This document shows positions 17,835 to 25,814 of a stretch of DNA of 37,882 bases, piece by piece. The notes under the pieces were generated by a model. It did not search any database. It saw only the letters and a program-made list of their open reading frames with translations, and was not told where the DNA came from. The translations under genes were made by a program, and so were the position numbers. Numbering within the stretch: the first letter of the stretch is position 1; each line of letters opens with the position of its first letter. Source of the stretch: Candidatus Omnitrophota bacterium (GTDB lineage Bacteria; Ratteibacteria; UBA8468; B48-G9; JAFGKM01); assembly GCA_023818745.1 (NCBI GenBank), contig JAMWBY010000002.1, positions 1 through 37,882 on the forward strand. The letters are read 5' to 3'.

Positions 17835-19279
17835 AATTTTATCCAGAACAGAAACTTTCTTTTTTCTCCCGGATAATCAGGAACGATTTCATACTCTTTA
17901 TTTAAAAGATTATAAATTCCAGCACCTATCTCAAATTTATTTTTATAACTTACTTCAAAATTAAGCAGAGAAAAACCATCTATCATTTTTGAAGAAAATT
18001 TTCTTTCGCCTTTATATGAATTAAAAAGTTTAAATAGAAAATTTTTATTTTTAAATTCAATTCCACTTTCAAACTTTTCTTCTGGTAAGTAAATAATTTC
18101 TCTATCAAAAATATCCTTTTGAAAGTTGAAAAATATACTAATTTTATCTGTTACTGGTAAGATTGAATTAAAAAGGAAAGATGTCTTCCAAAAATTTGTC
18201 TTATATGGCTGATATAAACCATTTAAATCACTATCTTCCCACACATATATATCGTTATAAGAATGCGAAATTTCAAAAGATGTATCTTTAAATTCAATCT
18301 TTATCCCTCCTTTATAAATTTCTTCTGGAGACAACTTTGCCTCCTTTATTTCTTTCCAGTTGTCCATAATTACTTCTTTCCATAAATCTGGATTTCTGTA
18401 ATAAGAATTCAAAAAGATAGAAAAATTATCATTAAGTTTATAAATTATTTCAGGTAAAATTTTTAAGTCCCTTTCATTATAAAATTTTAATCCAATTTTT
18501 GCTAAAAATTTTTCATCCTCAAAAATAAAGTCCTGAGAAAAACCACAAATATTATGATTATTTTGAAAAATCTGTGCGTCAATACCTGTCTTTAATTTAA
18601 AATTTTCAAAATCTTTTTCTATGTTTAAATCAAGAAAATTTGTCTTTTCTTCTTCAATAAAATAATATTTATGAGAAATACTGAATAAAAAGTTTTTAAA
18701 TTCTCTAGAATAATTCCAGTTTACAGAAAACCATTCCCTTTCTATATTAAAAGGTAAAAATATAGGACCCGGTAGTTCAGTAGTTCCAATAGATATACCA
18801 AAATTAAAATAGTTCCTGTTATCCTTAAAACCAAAACCCATCTTGTAATATTTATTTTCACTATTTTCTCTATAATTTTCAGTGTAGAAAGATATGTCTA
18901 AATATATTTTTTTATCAATATAATTCATATCCATACTTTTTGTTCTAAAATTCCCAATTTTAAAATTCAAAAACAACTTTTTTTCTTCTTTTTCTTCAAC
19001 AATTTCTTCTTTGTGTTTTTTTTCTGATAAAGGTGGGATTTCTTGTTTTTCTTCTTTTAGTTCAATTTTAGGCAGTTGAGGAATTATTTTTTCTTCAGGG
19101 AAAACAGGGAAAATATTAAATATTATTGTCTTTTTCTCGCTTAAGTCCTTACCTTCAATTTCTTCAAATAAATTTATATCCTGACAAAAACTTAATAAAG
19201 TTGCAAAACAAAAAACAGAAAACAAAAAAAATCTTATTTCCCGAGTTGTTTCAATGATTTTTCTGAAAGTTCTTTCCAT
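17831..19279 (-). CDS. Putative outer-membrane beta-barrel protein (TonB-dependent-receptor-like C-terminal strands, no recognisable plug)
   Basis: 482 aa. Signal-like N-terminus (FFLFSVFCFATLLSFCQD), a K/E-rich linker, then alternating-hydrophobic beta-strand pattern. The C-terminus (YNLLNKEYEIVPDYPGEKRKFLFWIKF) ends in Phe, a classic OMP terminal signature. Confidence 0.55.
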   Translation of the reverse strand: MERTFRKIIETTREIRFFLFSVFCFATLLSFCQDINLFEEIEGKDLSEKKTIIFNIFPVFPEEKIIPQLPKIELKEEKQEIPPLSEKKHKEEIVEEKEEKKLFLNFKIGNFRTKSMDMNYIDKKIYLDISFYTENYRENSENKYYKMGFGFKDNRNYFNFGISIGTTELPGPIFLPFNIEREWFSVNWNYSREFKNFLFSISHKYYFIEEEKTNFLDLNIEKDFENFKLKTGIDAQIFQNNHNICGFSQDFIFEDEKFLAKIGLKFYNERDLKILPEIIYKLNDNFSIFLNSYYRNPDLWKEVIMDNWKEIKEAKLSPEEIYKGGIKIEFKDTSFEISHSYNDIYVWEDSDLNGLYQPYKTNFWKTSFLFNSILPVTDKISIFFNFQKDIFDREIIYLPEEKFESGIEFKNKNFLFKLFNSYKGERKFSSKMIDGFSLLNFEVSYKNKFEIGAGIYNLLNKEYEIVPDYPGEKRKFLFWIKF

Positions 19280-20862
19280 TCTTTAAATTGTGGATATAAA
19301 CTTATAACTTCAATAAACTTTTCTTTTGCTTTTTCAATATTTCCCTTTTTTTTATATATATCTCCGAGATAAAAAGACATTTCTGCTTTAATAGACGGAT
19401 TTTCTGTTTTTAAATTGTTAAATATTTGTTCTGCTTTTTCATATTCTCCTTTAAGATAAAATATTTTCCCAAGTAAAAATTCATTTTTACTATCTTTTTT
19501 CTTTTCAACAAGTTTCATCGCATAAAATTCTCCTTCTTCTAATTTTTTTCTTTTTATTAAAATGTCTATTAAATAAAAGCAAGCATCTTCATAGTAAACT
19601 GTTTCTTTTTCAATGACCTCTTTAAAAAGATTTTCTGCCTGTTCAAATTTTTTATCTTCATAAAATTTTTTCCCTTTTAAAAATAAAGTCATCGGAATAA
19701 ATGAACTTTCAGGATAAGAAGTTTTTAAATTTTCCCAGGATTCAAAAGATTTATTAAAATCATTTTTTATATAGTAAAGATATCCAAGAAAGAAAAGGGA
19801 TTTCTCAATTGTTGTATTTCCCTTTGAAAGAGATATAGATGCTTTAAAAAATTTAATAGCATTATCAAAATTTTTCTTATTAAAATTAACAACCCCAAGT
19901 TTAAAATATATTTCTGGAATTTCTTTTCTTTGAGGAAAGGTATTCAAGATTTCATTCAATATATTCTCTGCTTCTTTCCAGTCCTCAAGTAAAATATATA
20001 TACCAGAAAGTTCATTTAAAACATTAAATTTAAGTTCATCATCGCCAAAATATTTTACATTTTTTAAAATCCCTTTTGCTTTTTCAAGATTTCCTTTTCT
20101 TTTTTCAATAATAGAAATCTGAAATTTTGCCCATTCTGAAAAAATGTTATCTTCTTTCAAAAGTTCTTGATAATAAATTTCTGCTTTTTCATAATCTCCA
20201 AGATTAAAATAACAATCCCCTATTTTAAGTTTTCCATCAGATACCATATCCCCTTTACCACTTTCAATAACTTTCTGAAAATATTCTATTGCTTTTTTGA
20301 AATCACTTATTTCAAATTCAATAAGCCCAAGATAGTAATTTGACCAAACAAGTAAGTCAACGTCTTCAAATTCTCTTATAATTATGTTGAAATTATTTTT
20401 TGCATCTATAAAGTTTTTGTTTTTAAAAAAATAAATACCTCTTTCAAGTATAGTTTTTCCAATCTGTTTTTCTAAATTTGCTTCTTTCCCAAATTTATTT
20501 TTGTATTCCCTATAATAGGTTAAAGAATTTTCTAAATTATTAATTTTTAAATAGGAAGGAATTAAATAGAGATATGCATTTTTAAGATATGGAGATAGGG
20601 GAAACCTTTTAATTACTATTTCAAGTTTTTCTATTGCGGAAGGGTATTTTTCAAGATTGAAAAGATTATAACCATATATTAGATAAACCAAATCAAGAAA
20701 ATTCTCTTCTTTTTTCGCAATATACTCTTCAAGATACTTATTTGACAACTCGTAAAAACCTTTTTCTGAAGAGGTAATTGCAAGTTTCAAATAATCTTTA
20801 TCAGTTTCCCCTATCGCCCATAATGTTAGGAGAAGATACAGTATAATTTTTTTCTTCAACAT
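19234..20862 (-). CDS. Secreted tetratricopeptide-repeat (TPR) protein
   Basis: 542 aa. Signal peptide (MLKKKIILYLLLTLWAIG), then more than 10 TPR-like units (recurring ..A...Y/F......P.s....A.y.lG..Y pattern). The last 46 nt overlap the downstream barrel gene. Confidence 0.8.
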   Translation of the reverse strand: MLKKKIILYLLLTLWAIGETDKDYLKLAITSSEKGFYELSNKYLEEYIAKKEENFLDLVYLIYGYNLFNLEKYPSAIEKLEIVIKRFPLSPYLKNAYLYLIPSYLKINNLENSLTYYREYKNKFGKEANLEKQIGKTILERGIYFFKNKNFIDAKNNFNIIIREFEDVDLLVWSNYYLGLIEFEISDFKKAIEYFQKVIESGKGDMVSDGKLKIGDCYFNLGDYEKAEIYYQELLKEDNIFSEWAKFQISIIEKRKGNLEKAKGILKNVKYFGDDELKFNVLNELSGIYILLEDWKEAENILNEILNTFPQRKEIPEIYFKLGVVNFNKKNFDNAIKFFKASISLSKGNTTIEKSLFFLGYLYYIKNDFNKSFESWENLKTSYPESSFIPMTLFLKGKKFYEDKKFEQAENLFKEVIEKETVYYEDACFYLIDILIKRKKLEEGEFYAMKLVEKKKDSKNEFLLGKIFYLKGEYEKAEQIFNNLKTENPSIKAEMSFYLGDIYKKKGNIEKAKEKFIEVISLYPQFKEWKELSEKSLKQLGK

Positions 20863-20877
20863 TTAATGTTTATAAAA

Positions 20878-21084
20878 TTATATTTTTACAACATTAACTG
20901 CCTGAAGACCTTTTTCTCTCTTTACAATTTCAAATTCAACTGCATCGCCTTCATTTAGAGTTTTATAACCCTGGCCTACAATTGAACTGTAATGGACAAA
21001 TACATCTTCTCCATTTTCTCTTTCTATGAAGCCAAATCCCTTTTTGTTGTTAAACCACTTCACTCTGCCTTTTTCTTTTGCCAC
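20878..21084 (-). CDS. Cold-shock protein (CspA family)
   Basis: [15 protein letters not shown] (RNP1) and DVFVHYS (RNP2). GTG start 8 nt after a GGAGGG RBS. About 146 nt of untranslated sequence lie upstream, with a TATAAT on the minus strand at 21172-21167. Confidence 0.95.
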   Translation of the reverse strand: MAKEKGRVKWFNNKKGFGFIERENGEDVFVHYSSIVGQGYKTLNEGDAVEFEIVKREKGLQAVNVVKI

Positions 21085-21230
21085 TCTTTCATCCCTCCTT
21101 TCTTATCCCAGAAAATTTAAAATAATTTTTAAACTCTGGGAGTATTTTTTGGATTAATTCGGCTGGATTATACAGTCCTACATTAATCCTTCTTTTAAAT
21201 TCGTATTTCCTTCTCTAAAACCCTCCTTCA

Positions 21231-22049
21231 TTATTCTTTTACATCATTTTCTACTATATTTAATATTCTGTCAAATCTAAATTTTCTTTCTTCTTTTCTC
21301 AAATAACAAAATGCTTTTAAATATTTTACTCCATTTTCTTCTATTATTTCAATAGGAAGAATTTTTCTTTCGGTTATCTTGCTCTTTTTTTTAACATCTA
21401 TAGTATTGCTCATATATATTATTACTACCTCTTTTCCCTCTTCAATTAATTTTGCAACCTTTGTATTTATATTCATTTTATCTTCAATTTTATTTATATC
21501 AAAATTTATTTTTTGTAAGATGTCCTCAGCAGAATATTTTTTTTCCATTTCTTCATATAATATTTTAAAAATTTCAAAAGTCGCTTTAGCATCATCTTCT
21601 GCTCTATGTTCAGAAACTCTTTTAATGTGAAAAAAATTAGAGAGATAACTTAAAGAGTTTTTCTCAAAACAAAAAAAATTTTTTGCGATTAAGTAAGTAT
21701 CTATAATTTTAATTTTGGGAAATTTTATTTTACATCTTTCAAATTCTTTTTTCAGAAATGGTATATCAAAATTTGCATTATGGCACAAAATAATTTTCCC
21801 ATTAATAATATCATTTATTTTATTTACTATTTCCTTAAATAAAGGTGCCTTTTTAACATCTTCATCAAATATTCCACTTATTAAAGAAACACTTTCTGGT
21901 ATTTCTATTTCAGGATTTATTAATGTTGTAAATTTCTCTACAATTTTTTCATCCCTAATTTTTAAAAGTGCAATTTCACATATTCTATCGGTTTCTGGGT
22001 CAAGTCCTGTTGTTTCAGTGTCTAACGCTATAAGTTCTGGTATTTTCAC
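21231..22049 (-). CDS. DEDDh 3'-5' exonuclease (DnaQ / Pol III epsilon-like) fused to a C-terminal WYL domain
   Basis: ExoI (ALDTETTGL), ExoII (CHNANFDIPFL) and ExoIII (HRAEDDAKAT) motifs. The C-terminal roughly 70 aa (VVIIYMSNT...ERKILPIEIIEENGVKYLKAFCYLRKEERKFRFDRILNI) match the WYL-domain pattern (...YL.A.C..r.e.R.FR.DRI). Confidence 0.8.
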   Translation of the reverse strand: MKIPELIALDTETTGLDPETDRICEIALLKIRDEKIVEKFTTLINPEIEIPESVSLISGIFDEDVKKAPLFKEIVNKINDIINGKIILCHNANFDIPFLKKEFERCKIKFPKIKIIDTYLIAKNFFCFEKNSLSYLSNFFHIKRVSEHRAEDDAKATFEIFKILYEEMEKKYSAEDILQKINFDINKIEDKMNINTKVAKLIEEGKEVVIIYMSNTIDVKKKSKITERKILPIEIIEENGVKYLKAFCYLRKEERKFRFDRILNIVENDVKE

Positions 22050-22054
22050 TTTAT

Positions 22055-22216
22055 TTAACCTACCAATTTAATATATTTTTCAGGGTCTTTTTCAAATTTT
22101 TCTTTACAAGATAAACTGCAGAAATAATACTTTTTGCCATCCTTTTCAACTAAATTTTTGGTTTCCTTGGTAAGATATTTTCTGCATACCACATCTTTAT
22201 ATTTTTTCTTCCCCAT
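22055..22216 (-). CDS. Small YHS/TRASH-domain protein (53 aa)
   Basis: Not in the ORF track. Hand translation gives MGKKKYKDVVCRKYLTKETKNLVEKDGKKYYFCSLSCKEKFEKDPEKYIKLVG, preceded by an AAAGGAGAAAAAA spacer/RBS. It fits the YHS pattern (VC.......a....y.Gk.YYFCS..C...F...PekY). Overlaps the PHP gene by 20 nt and ends 5 nt before the exonuclease ATG. Confidence 0.65.
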   Translation of the reverse strand: MGKKKYKDVVCRKYLTKETKNLVEKDGKKYYFCSLSCKEKFEKDPEKYIKLVG

Positions 22217-23249
22217 TTTTTTCTCCTTTTATGTAAATATAATTTGAAAATATCCAATTTTTATCATTCCAGTAAACCTCAACTCTATAATTCCCTTCTT
22301 TCTCAATTTTAATTTCTTTCTCTTTAATTGTTCCTTCTTCAATCACTCTACCATTTCTTAACAATTTTGTTTTAGCAGAAACAGGATTTCTTATTAATAT
22401 TATATCACCAATTTTACCTTCTTCACCAGATAAATATTTACCATATTTTTCTCCAAAGTAAAAACCACAACTATCATTTAAAAAATCATTCGCAAAAAAA
22501 AGATTTCCGTTTCTTATTGCATTCAATACTTTTTCTTTATCTATTTGAAAATCACCTGTAAGTTTTTCTTTAAGATAAATGTGATTTCTTAATGTCTTAA
22601 AAACATTTTTATATCTAAAACTTCTCCTAAAATCAAAAACTCTAAAATAAAATGGGAGCGAATGAATATCAAGACCAGCAAAACCAATTACCTTTCTTTC
22701 TGAATTCAGTTTGTCCCATTTCTCTAAAATTATTTTTTCAGGAACATCAACATTATAGGGGAACTTTAAATATCTTACAGGAACATTATAAATCCTTGTT
22801 TTATCGGCCCATTGAAAAAGCAAAGACCAAACTTCAATTCCATCAAAATTCTCTTTCCATCTTTTCCAACTGTAATTTTTTTTTACAAAAAAAAGGCGAT
22901 GTTTACCATATGGATGAGCAACCAATTTTACCAAATCTTCTCTTTTTAAAATTCTTTCAATTGTTTCATTAGTCCATTTCTTTTCACCAATAATTATAAG
23001 ATGGTTCTTTTTTCTTTCATCAATTTCCTCTCCTTTAATGATAAGAAGATCGTCATAGTATCCTTCAAATTTAAACAAATCTCTGTATTTCCATTTTTTT
23101 TTAGGAGTATGTGAAGTAAGAATCACAAAGTCAAGACCTGCTTTTTTCCCCTCATTAGCAATAAAAGGTATATAATATTTTCCTTTTTTTAAAGGAAAAT
23201 GTACATGTATAACACCACAAATCTCATTATATATTGACATTTCAACCAT
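22197..23249 (-). CDS. PHP-domain (CehA/McbA-like) metallohydrolase with a C-terminal beta-sandwich
   Basis: 350 aa. PHP-type His/Asp motifs appear in order: GVIHVHF, ILTSHT, GEEID, LVAHPYG, FAGLDIHS. The C-terminus (EGNYRVEVYWNDKNWIFSNYIYIK) resembles the family's terminal ..YR.E....WI.SNPIY motif. Confidence 0.6.
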   Translation of the reverse strand: MVEMSIYNEICGVIHVHFPLKKGKYYIPFIANEGKKAGLDFVILTSHTPKKKWKYRDLFKFEGYYDDLLIIKGEEIDERKKNHLIIIGEKKWTNETIERILKREDLVKLVAHPYGKHRLFFVKKNYSWKRWKENFDGIEVWSLLFQWADKTRIYNVPVRYLKFPYNVDVPEKIILEKWDKLNSERKVIGFAGLDIHSLPFYFRVFDFRRSFRYKNVFKTLRNHIYLKEKLTGDFQIDKEKVLNAIRNGNLFFANDFLNDSCGFYFGEKYGKYLSGEEGKIGDIILIRNPVSAKTKLLRNGRVIEEGTIKEKEIKIEKEGNYRVEVYWNDKNWIFSNYIYIKGEKNGEEKI

Positions 23250-23262
23250 TTTGAAGTATTAT
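23234..23262 (+). promoter_or_regulatory. Sigma-70-type promoter for tRNA-Glu (TTGACA, 17-nt spacer, TATTAT)
   Basis: TTGACA at 23234-23239, an exact 17-nt spacer, TATTAT at 23257-23262. The tRNA starts 14 nt downstream. Lies inside the 5' end of the opposite-strand PHP ORF. Confidence 0.5.
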
Positions 23263-23275
23263 ATCATATATTAAA

Positions 23276-23347
23276 GGCCCCATCGTCTAATGGTAAGGAT
23301 AGGTGGTTCTCAGCCATCAGATACGGGTTCAAATCCCGTTGGGGCTA
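23276..23347 (+). tRNA. tRNA-Glu (anticodon CUC)
   Basis: Hand fold parallel to E. coli tRNA-Glu: GGCCCCA-TC-GTC-TAATGGTAAG-GAT-A-GGTGG-TTCTCAG-CCATC-AGAT-ACGGG-TTCAAAT-CCCGT-TGGGGCT-A. The first acceptor pair is G1:U72. No CCA is encoded. Confidence 0.85.
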
Positions 23348-23399
23348 ATACACCTTTTGAAAATGCATAATTATTCAGAACAAGAAAACAGGAGGGACA

Positions 23400-24197
23400 A
23401 TGAAAGTTCTCAAAATAAATTCGGGAAGAGTGAGAGATTTTCTTGTTGAATTTTTGAGAGATGAATTTAAAAAGGCCAATTTTAATAATGCAATATTTGG
23501 AATGTCTGGGGGGCTTGATTCAACTGTTGTCGGATATTTATGTAAACTTGCTTTTGGCAAATCAAATACTTATGGAATAATTCTGCCACATAAAAATACA
23601 CCTAAAATTTCTGTTGACCATGCATATTTGGTAGGAAGAACCCTTGGGATAAGATATTTAAGATTTAATATTACACCTCAAATAAATTATTATTACAAAA
23701 ATTTCCCTCAAGCAGATAAAAAGAGAATAGGGAATAAAATTGCAAGAGAAAGAATGAGTATTCTTTATGATTTATCAGTCCATTTTAATGGAATTGTGGT
23801 TGGTTCAAGTAATAAGAGTGAAATATATCTTGGTTATGGCACTCTTTTTGGAGACCTTGCCTGGCTTATAAATCCACTTGGAGACCTCTTCAAAACAGAA
23901 GTTTATCAACTTGCTGAATTTCTTGGAGTCCCAAGTGAAATATTAAATAAAAAACCAAGTGCAGAATTATGGGAAAAACAAACAGATGAAGAGGAGCTAG
24001 GTTTTACATATGAAGAAGCAGACATTATACTCCATTATTATTTAGAAAAAAATATGAAACCTGAAGAAATATCAACCCAGGTTAAAGAAATAAAAGAAGA
24101 GACAGTTTATAAAGTAATTGAAAAAATTAAAAAGACAGAATTTAAAAGAAGACCTCCACAAATTGCAAAAATACCTGACGAAATTAAATATTCATAA
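23400..24197 (+). CDS. nadE: NH3-dependent NAD+ synthetase
   Basis: PP-loop SGGLDS, and the family pattern GNKIARERMSILYDLS...GSSNKSE..LGY.TLFGD. Confidence 0.93.
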   Translation: MKVLKINSGRVRDFLVEFLRDEFKKANFNNAIFGMSGGLDSTVVGYLCKLAFGKSNTYGIILPHKNTPKISVDHAYLVGRTLGIRYLRFNITPQINYYYKNFPQADKKRIGNKIARERMSILYDLSVHFNGIVVGSSNKSEIYLGYGTLFGDLAWLINPLGDLFKTEVYQLAEFLGVPSEILNKKPSAELWEKQTDEEELGFTYEEADIILHYYLEKNMKPEEISTQVKEIKEETVYKVIEKIKKTEFKRRPPQIAKIPDEIKYS

Positions 24198-24198
24198 A

Positions 24199-24888
24199 TC
24201 ATCTTTGTTTAATTCTTTCTATTGCAAGATTAACTCTGTTAATAAACTCATCAAATTTTATGGTATTATTCTTTTTATCTATCAATATATTTATTCCTGG
24301 GAATAAAATTGGTTTTATAATAAGATATTGATTATCTCCTTTTTCTCCTGCAAGACCTTCTATTGTTAGATAGTTATCTTTAAGGGATATTCTTCCTGCT
24401 ATAGTTTTGTAATAAAAGTTAGATGTGCCGAACTGTTTTATAACGCTACCTCCACTTAAAGACGCAATCACTTCAACCGCTCCAAAATTCATATATTGTT
24501 TTATTCCTCTTTTTGGAACAGAATTAAAAGAAGTTTCAAATTCAAATTTGTCTTTCTCAATATTAAAATTCCCGTTTAAATTTATAAAGCCAGTTATTAC
24601 TATATTTTTTTCAAAAGAACTAGAAAGTTTATTTATATCAATCGTTTCAATTAAAAAATATCCATTAAATTTAGAAAAATCCGATATTTTAACATCAATA
24701 ATACCTTTCCCTTCATAAAAATTAAATTTAATTTGCCCTTGAAGGTCATCTGTGAAATTACACAATATATTCTCAAAATTTAGATTATAAAGTTTTAAAT
24801 TTTCACAAAAGAAATTATTTTCAGGGAGTTTTAACTTTAAGTTTTTAAATTCCAAATTTTTAATTCTAATAAATTTTGTTTCAAGCAA
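24199..24888 (-). CDS. C-terminal segment of a split beta-rich envelope protein (possibly AsmA-like); the track start is a TTG
   Basis: This frame stays open upstream through the A10 run, back to a TAA at 24932-24930. There is no convincing RBS or ATG of its own. See the homopolymer feature and the finding. Confidence 0.4.
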   Translation of the reverse strand: MLETKFIRIKNLEFKNLKLKLPENNFFCENLKLYNLNFENILCNFTDDLQGQIKFNFYEGKGIIDVKISDFSKFNGYFLIETIDINKLSSSFEKNIVITGFINLNGNFNIEKDKFEFETSFNSVPKRGIKQYMNFGAVEVIASLSGGSVIKQFGTSNFYYKTIAGRISLKDNYLTIEGLAGEKGDNQYLIIKPILFPGINILIDKKNNTIKFDEFINRVNLAIERIKQR

Positions 24889-25814
24889 TAAATTTCCAGA
24901 AAAAGAAATTTTTTTTTTGAGATATTTAAATTAAATTTGTCTAATTTAATTTTTGATGTTTCAATCTTAATATTATATTTCTTCTTTATTTCATCAGGAA
25001 GAAGTTTTAAAAATTCATCTAAAGAAAATTCTTTTGTATTAAAAGAGAACTCAATTTCTTTCTCTGAAAGAAACCCTGTAAAAACAAGTTTCTCTCCTTT
25101 TTCATTTTTTAATACCCCTTCTTCTATTATCCAGATATGTTGGTCTGGAATATATATCCCTTTCAAAACAAGGTTAAATAAATCTTTTTCGCCTCCTGAA
25201 AAATCTTTAACTTCTAAATTAAATTTTATATCTTTAATATTCTCTTTCTCTTTTTCAATAAAAATTTTTCCATATACATTACCATCAAATGGTATTTTAA
25301 ACTCTATTAATTCTAAAATTTCTTTAATTTTAATCCCATCTAATTCAATTGTTCCTTCAAATTTTCCTTTCCCCCAGTTTTCAATTATTCCATAAAATCT
25401 TAAACTGCCTGTATTTTCAACATTTACATCTGTTCCTGTTATATTTAAATTCCCTCTTTTTATATCCCCTTTCATTTTCCCTTGAATTTCTACCTTTTTC
25501 TTTTCTTTTTCTGAAATTATCTGCCCAGGACCTTGAAAAGCAAAAGCTTTTTGTATAATAAATGGTTTTATTTTGAAATTATTTATATTAACAGAAAATT
25601 TGCTGGTTTTATATGTAATGTTTTTTAAATTTATTCCTGATAGAGAAAAACAAACATTTCTAAGAGATACTTTCTCTATTGAGTTTATCCTTTTTATCAG
25701 AAATGTTTTTATGAAAACTCCTGAAACTACTATAAATAAAGAGAAAAGTATGAACAAAATAATACCTTTCCTAATTTTTTCCAAATTCAATTTTTTGTTA
25801 TTTCCATGTCTCAT
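24837..25814 (-). CDS. N-terminal segment of the same split protein: one TM anchor then a beta-rich domain
   Basis: An N-terminal TM segment (GIILFILFSLFIVVSGVFIKTF) is followed by repetitive beta-strand-like sequence. After the A10 run the frame ends in a short tail (FLFLEIYCLKQNLLELKIWNLKT) that overlaps the next ORF by 52 nt. Confidence 0.45.
   Translation of the reverse strand: MRHGNNKKLNLEKIRKGIILFILFSLFIVVSGVFIKTFLIKRINSIEKVSLRNVCFSLSGINLKNITYKTSKFSVNINNFKIKPFIIQKAFAFQGPGQIISEKEKKKVEIQGKMKGDIKRGNLNITGTDVNVENTGSLRFYGIIENWGKGKFEGTIELDGIKIKEILELIEFKIPFDGNVYGKIFIEKEKENIKDIKFNLEVKDFSGGEKDLFNLVLKGIYIPDQHIWIIEEGVLKNEKGEKLVFTGFLSEKEIEFSFNTKEFSLDEFLKLLPDEIKKKYNIKIETSKIKLDKFNLNISKKKFLFLEIYCLKQNLLELKIWNLKT
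24909..24918. repeat. T10 homopolymer (A10 on the coding strand) at the junction of the two overlapping ORFs
   Basis: Counted directly: 24909-24918 are ten T. On the coding strand this reads TCA AAA AAA AAA TTT. One extra A, or a -1 slip, reads through into the downstream ORF frame (..KKK ISFSGNLLLETKF..). Confidence 0.9.

Noticed and set aside
23375-23560. 61-aa minus-strand ORF overlapping the start of nadE.
   Set aside because: It is antisense to nadE, including the SGGLDS-encoding region, and has no independent support.
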